Below, piece by piece: positions 52,397 through 64,000 of a stretch of 64,000 bases of DNA. Positions within the stretch are counted from its first letter, which is position 1. Each line of letters opens with the position of its first letter. The notes below the pieces were generated by a model. That model was not told the DNA's origin, searched no databases, and saw only the letters and a program-made list of their open reading frames with translations. Location of the stretch: assembly GCA_965113315.1 (NCBI GenBank), contig OZ220363.1; one strand, given 5' to 3'. The translations under genes and the position numbers were made by a program. Source of the DNA: Podarcis vaucheri. Its lineage: Eukaryota.

Positions 52397-53981
52397 AGGA
52401 GACAGGAGGTAGAAATCTCTATAAAGACTGCATTATGAGGCACATATTTTAAAGATGACTTTGGATTACTGTTCTCATTCGATAGCCTGAGACATATGGC
52501 CTGGCATTAAAACATTGCTTCATTCTCCTGGCAATTAATTTTTTGGCTGGGAGCTAGCATAGCATAGTGCCAACAAGATCTTGCGTAAATAGGATTTTCC
52601 AGTACTCTGTAAACCTGTTATGAGGGATCAGTGACACTTCATAAAAACTACTTCAGTTGCAAGATTGGTTGCAAGACTGAAACACACACTAAGTAAACAA
52701 AAAATCCAATAGCTCTTCTCCAGTACATGCTCAAGAACACTTAGCCTCTCAGAACTCTGGGGAGCCTGTCTGCCAAGCCATCCATGGAGAGGCTAAAGCA
52801 GCTGCTCTACTCTGAACTTGGATATGGTCTTCACTTTTTCTCTCTTTCTAGAGATTCAAGCATTGGCCCCTTGTGCTTTGTCCTCTTCTATAACAGGGAG
52901 CACCCACAATGGGGCATGTTGCAAATATGGCCCTCTAGGATACAACAGAGTTGTACACAGCTAGGTACTTTTGATGGACAGCAAATCTTGGCATCAGCAA
53001 AGCCTACTGGATTCACTTCGGTGCACTGCAATAATTTTATAATGATCTAAATATAAATATGATCCCCTTTACATTTCTGCTGTCACACTGAATCGTGTCA
53101 AATATTTAAAAAGTGATGCAGAACTACACTGCTGTTTTCACCATTTATTTTAAAAACAAACAATAGAAATGGTTATTGTTAGCAGCAGGGCTAGAGCCAA
53201 TCCCAATGTTCTTGTAGCCTGCCTTTCAGTTACAATTCTGCATTGTGAAAATTTGTCAGATGGTTTGTATTTCCCTTTTAGAACCATATTTTTCCCTTTC
53301 AGTGCTCTCATTAAATTATTAGCTTCCTTAGGTTTAGATTTATGTTCAGAGAGTCAAATTATCTTCCTTTTTAAAAAGCCTCCCTGAGCCGCTTTCCCAG
53401 CTTAGTTCAGCTGCAGAAAACTACAGCACTCCAAATTTTTACTTTCTTCATAAACCACACCTGTTATATTTGATATTGCTTTCAAATGAACAAAAACTGT
53501 TAATTCCGTATCTATGCAGAGTAAGGCAGAATTTAGATGGTTAAGCAAAAACTTCTCAATTTGTTTAACAGTTGCCTGTTATACAATCGGATTTGAATTG
53601 TTCCACACTAGTTTATTAGATACATAAACGTAAATGTACACAAATCTCAAGAACATGCAGCAACAACTAATATACATCATCCACTAATATACATAATCCT
53701 TTCAGACATTCTGGTCCTTATCTGAAATCAGCTTATCTGGAATATAAATGCAAATTCTGCCATTAAAGGAAACTATGGAGGGGGCAGTCTAACTGTCCTC
53801 CCCACCCTGTGTCTCAGGCCACATTTGATCATGCCTCAGGAATGCCTAGATCTCTGACTGACTCACAATTTCTACAATTGTGCAAGGCTTTTATTATTAT
53901 TTCAGCAGTTCTGCACACAAACTGCTTTGCTTAAAACAAATGTAAGAGATTTAATTATATTTCTATAGTTATGAGACATAG

Positions 53982-54165
53982 TATTATTATTATTTAAATT
54001 CATATACCACCCTTCATCTGAAGATCTCAGGGTTTCACAGCATAAAGTACAAGATAAAAACACAAAATACATACTAAAAGAAAAGAAAACAATAACATCC
54101 CCAAACACATTTAAAAGGATATATAGGATGTGAATAAGCCAAAAGCCTGGTTGAAGAGGAAAATA
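53982..54165 (-). mobile_element. L2 3' end
   Basis: Reverse-complement similarity to ~42775-42960; further remnants at ~24125-24220, ~27810-27885 and ~45240-45530. Confidence 0.75.
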
Positions 54166-54256
54166 TAAAAAGATGCACAAACCCAGTTATAAAACTGCCC
54201 AGTTTGAACAGACAGCTATAGAGATTCAAATATTTTGACTGATGAAACTTGCATTC

Positions 54257-55088
54257 TTACTGCATACTGGTGCAATAAGATATATAAAATTTGCATGCCA
54301 TGTCATGCCAGCTGGGAAGATAATGCATCCAATCATGAGACCATGGGCAAATTCACACAACTTCACACAAGAACAGGCAACATTGATAAGATAGTTTTCC
54401 CAGGCTGCCCCAAAGCCAAGCACACACACACACACACAAACCCCCCACCATTTCTGGTAAGAGACATCACGGTCTCTCTAGCCGTTGGCTGAGCTGCTGT
54501 GATGTCAGCCAAATCAGCTGATCCAGTAATTGTCATTGAATGCTCATGAACATTAAATTTTAAATGAATAAATTTGCAGCATAAAGAGCATTAGGACAGC
54601 TGGAGCTGTAAGCTGCTGGAGGGAAACGCTGCAGAGAATGTGTTATGAGCCCACCAATAAGTAATGGCACGGCAAACGAAAAAGATGCCCAAATTATTTT
54701 TTTTTTTGGGGGGGGAGTCCCTGCTTTTAATATATTGTTATTTCTAGTCTTGCAATTTGAAAATGTTATTTCTAGAGGATCTCAGCAGTAGCCGTGGTCT
54801 TTAAATCAAGAGGATGCGCCACACAAGCTGTACTTGAGTACCTATTAGAAGATACTGAGGAGGGACAACTTCTCAAGGGTTGAATATATTGGCTCAGTAT
54901 GATACAATAGCAGAGTTTACAGTCTTTTCTTTAAAATGCTGTAATTGGCTTCTCAAAGGTACTGGAAAAGTCGTAATAGAAAAGGTCAATGGCAATATAT
55001 ATTTGTACAATAGTGAGATGCATTATCTTCCCAGCTGGCATGACATGGCATGTAATTTTACACACCATGCTGCACCAGCATGTGGTAA
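54257..55088. repeat. Long-range inverted repeat (~73-bp arms, 36-bp perfect core)
   Basis: 54294-54329 is the exact reverse complement of 55017-55052. Confidence 0.95.
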
Positions 55089-55593
55089 CTAAGAGAGACA
55101 CTGATCTCTGCTTGCTAAAATCCCAAGAACAATTGCATGCCATCATTGTAAATGACCTGTGGATGCACAGCAGTTTACATTCACATAGGTTTGCTAATCT
55201 TTCTAACAGTATATGCAAACAAAAAGACTAATGGCGCTACAGAAGTCTGGAGACAGAAAATGGCATTCTGTTTATATAGAAGTTTACTTTTCTTGCTGTT
55301 TCCCTCAGTTCAGACACATGGTTCTGGCGTGTAACTAAATGCCCATGTATTTCCATGAATTCACACTGTCTTGCTTCTTCTTGTTTTATTAATCTGGACC
55401 TGTGCATATTAAACTTCCTGAGTCATATACTCACAGCAGAAAAACAAAACAAAACAAAACAAAAGCTACATACATGATCATATATTTTCTGTATAAGAGA
55501 AGAACATTGTAAGAATTTGTAACTATGATGGAGTCCTGTGAAATCAAGCACAAGATATTCTAGGACAGAAAAGGCACTGGTAAAAATGGCGCA

Positions 55594-55750
55594 AGGGCCA
55601 TGCCTCAGTTGTAGAGCATACACCTTCCTTGTGAAAGGTCCCAAGTTCAAACCTTGGGACTGCATGTTTAAAACATTGGGTAGCTAGTGATGAGAATGAC
55701 CTGATGAACCCTAGATTCTGGAAAGCCACTGCCCATCACAGAAACAGCAA
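55594..55750 (+). mobile_element. Old tRNA-derived SINE
   Basis: A box CTCAGTTGTAGAGCA and B box GTTCAAACC; related copies at ~58728-58910 (+) and ~40436-40545 (-). Confidence 0.6.
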
Positions 55751-57262
55751 ATTGGGTATAAAGAAAATGAGATTAAGCTAGAGATAATGGTGCAAACTGC
55801 CATGCCTGATCCAACAGTTTTAAAAATAAGATTAGGCTACAGATTGTTCTAGACTTGGATCTGATCCAAAATGTATCAAGAATTTTGAGCATCCCACACC
55901 TGACAAAGAGCATAGGCCCCTAATCTTAGACCATTGCCCTTTGACCCTTCTTCACATGTATTTGAAAGGAAGGGGCAGTTGGAAGGGCTTCATACTTGGC
56001 AAAAGAAAGGTTTTACATCTCAGATCTTGCTATAGATATACAATATATGTAGGAATACTAGGAAGCAAGGGATTTGAAGTTAATAATAATAATAATAATA
56101 GGAGGTAACAAACAGTTATTTACCAATGCTGAGAAAAGGCCCAAACTCATGTGACTATTTACATGGTAAAGGTTTGTTGGTTCACATGTTTACCTAGCCA
56201 AATGTACTTTTCACTATCATCTTCTGGGGCTCACATATCTGCTAAAATATGCCACATCTCATAGCTTCTCATAGCTCTACCAAAACTAAAGTATCCTAAG
56301 AGATGATAAATTTCACATTGTCTTGCCTACTGAAGGCTTTCTTGGTGTATATTTTTTTCTTAATTCATTCCAGATCCCTTGTAAATTGTAAAACTGTCAT
56401 TACATTCTGGTGAATTTGCCCCCCCCCCATTTAATAATTATAATATCACTTCCATCTAATCCTGGAGAAACACCACATATTAATGAAGTACTATAGTGAA
56501 GATGGTCTGTTGCGGCTATCAGAGCCCTTCAGTCTAGTGGAGCCTTTTAGCAATAGAACAGAAGTTCATAGTTTGCCTCATCCATTTGGCCTTGTAGAGC
56601 TCATCTGTGGTATTTCAGCTTCTCAGGTTCCTACACACGTAGGTTAGAGGAAATGTTGCTGATGATCAGCAAAACAGTGAAAGTGCCTATACATAAAATG
56701 TTAAGGTAGAGTAATTTCTCATCGCCATAGTAAGTGAAAACATTTTCAAACTGACAGTGTCCTTTTAAAAAACAGGCTGCACAAGGATTTTGCCCAAGAC
56801 TGTGAAAAATTGGTTTTCAAACCATGATAGTTATTTTAATGCTTTAGTGTGCTTTGGTAAGTACTGCATAATCTGTCTCTAAACAATAATAATATGTTAA
56901 ACAGTAACCATGTAAAAAGTAAAAAAAAAGGTGACTTAAAATATATCTTCCAGTCTCTCTGAAGCAAAGCAAATTTTAAATAACTTGACATCCACATTCA
57001 GTGTTAATACCCCCATAAAACACAAGCCAGTACCACCCCAGGTGTGTGAGTGGCACCAGAGAGGAAATTTTGTTCACTGTCTAAACACACCTGTTCCTTG
57101 ACTAATATTTTGTGGTTTCAAAAAAAAACCCAAAAGCAACAGTATTAGATGAGAGACTTTTTTTTTTAATGTGGCTTATTTTGAGAATCCCCCTTTTTGC
57201 AAAAATCTTCCCCTGCTGCCACCACTTTGGCATCAGAAGCACATATGAAGGTAGGATGTACT

Positions 57263-57466
57263 GGGGTTGTATCCAATGAAGTGATTCGATTCATGCAAGG
57301 GCTTACTCAATGGAACTTCTCCGCCTCTCCTCTCCCTGTATCACCCAAACTGCTCTGGAGGTTTGGAGAAAACCCCAGAACATGGAGTGAAGGACAGGGA
57401 GAAGCAGCTCCGTTATGCTAGTAGAAGACCTTGCGCAAACAGGACAACTTTGTTGGGTACAACCCC
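57263..57466. mobile_element. Palindromic MITE (possibly Harbinger-like)
   Basis: TIRs GGGGTTGTATCCAA / TTGGGTACAACCCC; internally self-complementary. Confidence 0.7.
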
Positions 57467-57549
57467 CTATACTTTCATTTGGATGCAAACAGAAGCAAAG
57501 ACAATTGCAAAATTCATAAAGAACAGTTTTATTTCTCTAACATTTTGTT

Positions 57550-57655
57550 TTAAAATCTGTATTAGGGCAATACCTTTACTAGGCCAACCAAAATGTCACA
57601 AAATAGTGTGGAAGCTTTCGAATTCCCTGGAACTCTTCATCAGGGTAGGTGGTAA
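57550..57655 (-). mobile_element. Penelope-like terminal remnant with hammerhead-core-like motif
   Basis: Minus strand CTGATGA-A-GAGTTC-CAGG-GAATTC-GAAAGCTT; more decayed relative at ~59703-59800 (+). Confidence 0.55.
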
Positions 57656-60600
57656 ACAAAGCACAGGGCAGGAGACTGGCTGCGGGTGAAGCCATTGAGT
57701 CTGTGTCTAGTCAAAGCCTTAAGATAGAATTTGAGCAAACACTCAAATGAGGCATTTTCATTTGTTTTCTGTAGTAGCACAGTAGTACATTAAACTTCTT
57801 CATACCATGCACATTCTGATATTCTGGACAATTTTCACTCATACTTCGAACCACCAAAATGTTTTAGTAAATGTCCTAGTAGAATTTTACATTGTATTTT
57901 TAATTTCTATTCCGCCCCCCCCCCAATAAAAAAGTCACCAAATGGCTACAGCTATTCTAAAGGAAAGGTTATTAAAATCCCTCGTGATATCTGAAAGCAA
58001 CAGGTTTTATATTTCACTAAAACTCTCTTCAATAATGCTTTAATTGCTACAATGCCGGAATTCACAGGCATCATGTACCGAATCCTTTAACATTTACTTA
58101 ACAGGATGTCGAGCACCCTGACCTCAACGGGAGCTCTCAGATCTAAAATGTGTTTGTCAGAACATATTAAAATTGCAATGTAGACAGGGCATTTAGTATT
58201 TAACATAATGCTAGTCAAGATGGACTTTAGCATTCACAATATCACACACTGAGTGCAATTAATCCGAGGTGCAGCAGGGATAGGAACTATTACCACCCCT
58301 TCAGCATGTCTTCACAGTCACTATTACAGAATATGCACAAGCTGTTCCCACCTCCCCCTAAAAAAACAAGACCAAGATGGTGGAAAAATCCACTGCTTTT
58401 TAGCCACACAAGACTGATCAAAGATTGTTACACTGTAAATTATAAAATGTAGATTCACACATACAATGTTATATTGCAGTAACTTCCAAAGTAAATTATG
58501 TTCATTACTTAATTTCTTTACCAGCCTTAAATTTCCAATCCAGGTGGGATGGGGTTAACAAAACAATGTTATACCCCAGCAAAAAAGAAGAAGCACCAGC
58601 TCACTCTCCACTTGCATCATTCCTGGAACTTCCTACAGCACTGTACTACATTTTCTCTGCTTTGGAAATGCAATGCCGCCCTTGGCTCTTTTTGCAGGAA
58701 GGGCAGGATCAATAATAAATAAACGTGGAACGGCCATAGATCACTAGTGAAGTGCATATTTTGCATACAGAAGTTCCCATGTTCAATCTTTGGCATCTGG
58801 TAGGCCGGGGGAGACATGCAACTCTGGAGTGCTTCCAACAGACAGCATAGACCACACTGAGTTAAATGGATCTAACTCACTATAAAGCAGTTTCCCATGT
58901 TACTAACATGGGTCTCTGGCTGAGATTTCTGTTTTGCTCACATCTACTGGCTATATAGAAAGGCATTTCATTTCCATGGAGCATTAAGAGTGATTTTCCT
59001 CTGTCTATTATAGTATCATTACTCTGATCACCACCTCACCATAGAGGGGAAATCCTGTTGACTTTATTTTCCCAAGATCAAACTCATCAATTTCCCCTAT
59101 TTCCGCTCAAGTTGATGGAGTGGTGAAATTAACTGAGCCTTACCAAAATGGCCATGTCAATTTCAGGAAACTTTTAAAAGTATGTCAGATGGTGGGGCTG
59201 TGCAAAGAGGGGAGTGGTTTTCTTATGAATATTTCAAACTTTTAAAATCAAAGCAGCAAACAGCAACACAAAGAAAATAAAAGAAAAGCTGGCAGTATGA
59301 CACAGCAGGATTTCTTGCACATGCATTGCAGTTATTTCCTGTAGTAAATAACAACTTGCATGTGAAAAAACAGATATCACAGATTTATCACTCAATACTG
59401 AGCTTTCATTTGACCCAGCAGCAACTGAAATGTCCTCAACGGATAAAGTTCACATATTTATTTCAGAATGATCAAATAGAATGATCATGACTGCATAAAC
59501 AAGTTTTAAATTTATTTTTATTTTATTTTGTTTTCTTATTCACCAACAGCCAGTGCAAAATGGCAAGGAGGCTTAGAAGAGTGAATATCACATTACAACC
59601 ACTAGTACACAGCCTTGCACAGCCTTGGGGAATGAATTTGCTTTTAATTTGTAGAGGCATGCTCTAAGGGTTGTTTAAGTATTATCAATGTTTAACATTC
59701 ATCCTGAAGAGCAGCTCTGGAAAACTCAAAAGCTTGCTGGCTTGTAACTGTTTAATGGGTCCCAATAAAGGTGTTACCTTTCTATAGATTTTGGATTTTA
59801 TCTAAACTTTTTGCATGATAAAAGTAGATGCCTTTCTGGCAATTATATTTATATTTTGTCACACTATTTATTTATGACCCCCACCAGATGAAAATAATCA
59901 TTTCCCCTTTAACCTAATAACACCAACCCAAATTCCTCCCAAGGCCCCAAAAATTCCATGTTCTAAACATTAATTCCTAACCCAATGTACTGTCTTGCCT
60001 CTCAGATAGAAAACGCAGACCTCAAATTCCCCATATTATTTCTCTATCTCTCACAAGGGAGGTACACCCACCCACACCCTCAACATATACACACAGGTCA
60101 TGACATTTCCCCAGTTCACATTATATTATTTCACATCCCACTACTCCACACTGACAATCTTTCCACATCAAAGGACCAAACATATAAAATGCAGACTGTG
60201 TTCTAGAAGCCTATAATATGCATAGAAGTTCTACATAAATGAGCACAATCCAGCCAAAGTTAACAGTGATTGCAATGGGAGAGATATAAGTATGTACCTC
60301 TTTCGCTGCCCCATAACCCGCTCTGTAAGAGATAGATTTCTTCCAGAGTTGCTGAAAGGACAAGAGCACTGGTCAAATTTACAGAAAAAATGACTTCCTA
60401 TTTGCAAATAACAATGACAAGATCATTCAAAAACTGGCAGTGTTCACAGTAGCTTTGGCCTAAGCTAAACAAATGTATATAGATCCCCATGTCTTTTATC
60501 TGCAGTACTGTACAGGCAATTTTTAGTATTTGTGCGGGTCAATGAACTCGTGAAAGAATTTCATGATGTTTATTTCAGTCATGTTTTCACGTTCTTTCCA

Positions 60601-61554
60601 ACCATATCCTTCATTTAATTCCTGAAGTTGGTTTTATGTTTTTGTAAAAAATTACCTGGGTGCAAATTTGTCTTGCGTGTTTACCAATACCCTGCTCAAA
60701 AACCCCACAACTTTATAACACATTGCATAATATTTGCAACAGCTCATAATAGGGCAAATAAATATTTATTCTTCACTTTTCCACTGAAATCAGTGAAACA
60801 AAGTGTTTAGCTGTGGCTGGATATGCTCAATACATATACTGTAATTATTTGTATAAAATATTAGCACTGTACAACTGGAAAACCAAACAGCATATAAGAG
60901 ACAACACTATAAACATAATATTTTGGGCTGCTTTGACTGGAAGATATAAGTAAAAAAGCCAAAATGTTTTTTTTGGGGGGGGGATTACCTTGCAAATATC
61001 CAGAGCTAAAAAGGAATAAAAAATGTTACCAGCCAATTCATAACTAGTATCCTAAACTAACTCATGAACTTTTAGGTTAATCATTTTTATGCATCTAAAG
61101 CCAGAATCCAACTTTCTGCAGAAGGCCTACCCTCCTCCATGCCAGAAGAAACCTGCAAACAGGGTTTTTAAATAGTGCAGTATGAAGGAGAAAAAAGTTC
61201 AGTGAAGCAGCAGCGTCATGACACTCAGAATATGGTGAAAACAGCTTCCAAGAAGTCTACTATCTAATGGCCTTTGATGTTTACTGTACACTTGCAGCTT
61301 CATTACAACACTTAGCAAGCATCTGCCAAGTTGGTAGGACTGAAAGGAAAGAGATAAAAACCCACCTTTGCCTCAAAATGGGGGCAGGGGAGATCAGATA
61401 TGCCCATTCTTTTGTCAGAAAGACAAAAGTTGTTGACAAGGACAAAAGGAGATCTAGAAGCATAGCTATAATTAAAACTATTACTGATCCCCAGGGGAAA
61501 AAATCCTGGCAAATCCAAAAGCAAATGGAGGCATGACAAATATATACACACATA

Positions 61555-61780
61555 AAGTGGTACCTCTGGTTATGAACTTAATTCATTCTGGAGGTCCGTT
61601 CTTAACCTGAAACCGTTCTTAACCTGAAGCACCACTTTAGCTAATGGGGCCTCCCACCGCTACCGCGCCACCACCGCACGATTTCTCTTCTTATCCTGAG
61701 GTAAAGTTCTTAACCCGAGGTACTACTTCTGGGTTAGCGGAGTCTGTATCCCGAAGTGTTTGTAACCTGAGGTACCACTG
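61555..61780. mobile_element. Tigger-like MITE
   Basis: AGTGGTACCTC TIRs and TA TSD; same family as 11951-12169. Confidence 0.9.
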
Positions 61781-64000
61781 TACATACAAATGTGTGCATG
61801 TGCACACACATTGGTAAAATGTTTTAGACAAATGTGAAACCTCACTTCCATATTTGCTTGCTGTCATCTAGTGTGTAACACAACATAAAGAGTAACCAGA
61901 AGATTTACAATCCAAAGATGAAGATTTTACTTTGCCATGGTGAATTCACTTCATAAAACAGAGAGAGAACACTTCAGTAGAAAATGTTGGCAGACCTCTT
62001 GGGAGTAACAGGGCACATTAATTTATATGACATGCTGCCCTGTTTCTCTTATAGAGGCCCATAGGAGGAGTTTGCTACCCTGAGCTTTTACTTAGGTCCC
62101 TAATGAAAATAAAAATGTTTTCAGCCCGTTAGTTGGGCACTTTAAACTATCATGCATGCCTTTCTTTGTACGTCCACCTCCCACCCCTACAATTTTTTAA
62201 AAAAACAAATATTACCTCTAAGTATATATGACTAATACGATTCAAAATTTATAAGATGCAATTGAAACAGCACAAGTGACACACACTTCAGTGTGCTGTT
62301 ATTGGGTGCAATGGACACCCTAAAGCACACAAAAGCCAAGAATCACACTGCTGCTATTGCAACCTTTTGTACAAGCAATATTATGACGTGTTAGTGTATT
62401 TTTCAATGCAAAAAGTGAATGTTTAATGGGAACAAAACCCCTTAAGTCCCTACTGGTCTTTTCATGGATTTGTTTGCTTTTGCTGTGTGTGCTTTTCTGC
62501 AGCCCCAACAAACTGCTGCTATATGGCCGTTTTTAGGGGTTCTCCCTAGCTAGCCAAATCAGCAGTCACTCAGGGCAAACAAAAGCATGTCTTCACTGTC
62601 CTTACTCTGAAGGGGTGGGTGAGAAAGGAGAAACTATAATGTGGATCAGAGAGCCAAAGGAAAGGAGAGACTATGATTTGTATCAGAGATCCTGTGAGCA
62701 GAACTCTGTCCATGGGCTGCGCCTACTTGCAGAAAGGATATTTTCAGATCCCCCTTCACTGCCCAAAAAAATCTCAAGAGCTGTCTGACCCCCTTCACCA
62801 TGGCGGGGCAGGGGCAAGCAAGATTGTAGAGTCCAACTCCACCTTTCTGTGGTTTCACAATTAGAGTTAAGTAACATGAGAGGGAAGTCAGGATCAGGGT
62901 TGTAGCCTGGGTAGGCTAAAAACAGCATTTATGCAGTGCACTCTTTGTTAGATGAGATTATGTAATCCATAATGATTTAAAGCTCTAATGTCCTCCAGGC
63001 ACTGCCACCTACCCCATGTGTGGCCCCTGAAATGGTCAGTTCTGTATCTGGCTGTTAGTCAATTGAAAGAAAGGAGTTGTTAACATTTAATCACCACAGA
63101 ATCAGATAGCTTAAAACAAGGTAAAAAAAATGTCATTTTGGCAAAACAGTCAAGGCAGCAAAAAAGCATGAATTGTGCCAGGAAAGGCCAATTGTCAAAA
63201 AAATTGGCTAAATGTCCTTCTGTTTCAGACAATAGCTTATAAAGAAATTAAGAGTCAGTTAAACTAATTCACTTTAGAGGAGCTTGCCATCATAAGGCTG
63301 ACAGAATTCCAGTAGTTCAATAGTGAGACACAGAAACTGTCAATGGTCCCTCAAGCAATTAATTTTCTCCCAGCTCTTCAGAACTGCATTTCAAGAAGTA
63401 TTTGCAGGATCCGACCTAACCTTACCAGGAAATGCCCAAACAAAACAGTGCTGCCACATCCTAAGCCTTATCAGAAAGTTGAAAGTAGTGACCCACTAAG
63501 AGAGAAAACACTAAGCAATATTTTAATTACGGTACGTGCTTCATAATAACTACTAAAAAAAACAACATTAAACTCAAACTAATCACACTTGTTACCTAAC
63601 TCAGATTTAGACTTCTGTAGGTGCAGAGTGAAATATTTAGTTCATTATCTATATACAATGCATACTAGAAATAGCTGCTTACATAAAACAAAAGTATAGG
63701 GTCCAATTCTTACATGCAAACAGTGACATGGAGGCTGTTCAAAACTCACAAGTGTATATAGTCTGCCAGGTGGGTCAAACAAAAATAAGACGATACGGGA
63801 AACTGATATACATATTTAAACAAACAAAGTCCTCAACTCATGGTTTGTAGCCTGACCTGAAGTGGGTTGCAAATGGAATTTAGGGATGGGGTGCTGGTCA
63901 TGGGCACAAACAATCAATATGGTAGTAGTAGAATGTGTGTAGAATAAAAGCTCCCCCCCACTTGAAAATAGCTTCCAGACAGTCTTGAAGAAGCTGGCCT

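Noticed and set aside
1-64000. Most ORF-track entries as genes
   Set aside because: They are short, many start at non-ATG codons or overlap repeats and microsatellites, and none gives a recognisable host protein. This is expected noise in intronic or intergenic DNA.

Overview
AT-rich, CpG-poor vertebrate DNA from a squamate reptile, most likely a lacertid lizard, judged from Sauria SINEs, Squam3-type SINEs and a tRNA-Lys/CR1 SINE. I found no recognisable host protein-coding exon, so this looks like a very long intron or a gene desert. It alternates TE-free, possibly conserved non-coding blocks with many TE insertions: SINEs, L2/CR1/L1/RTE fragments, Tc1-mariner and hAT MITEs, and Penelope-like remnants. 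The standout is a young, apparently full-length ~1.86 kb L1-type retroposon at 4267-6125. It has a 15-bp TSD, a CpG-rich promoter-like 5' end, a poly(A) tail, no RT or endonuclease, and one intact 198-aa ORF that I cannot match to canonical ORF1p. Other leads are a long-range inverted repeat with a perfect 36-bp core (54257-55088), a 5S-rRNA/CR1 chimeric SINE-like sequence, and hammerhead-core-like motifs in Penelope-like remnants. Family names come from my recall of consensus motifs, not from a database search.
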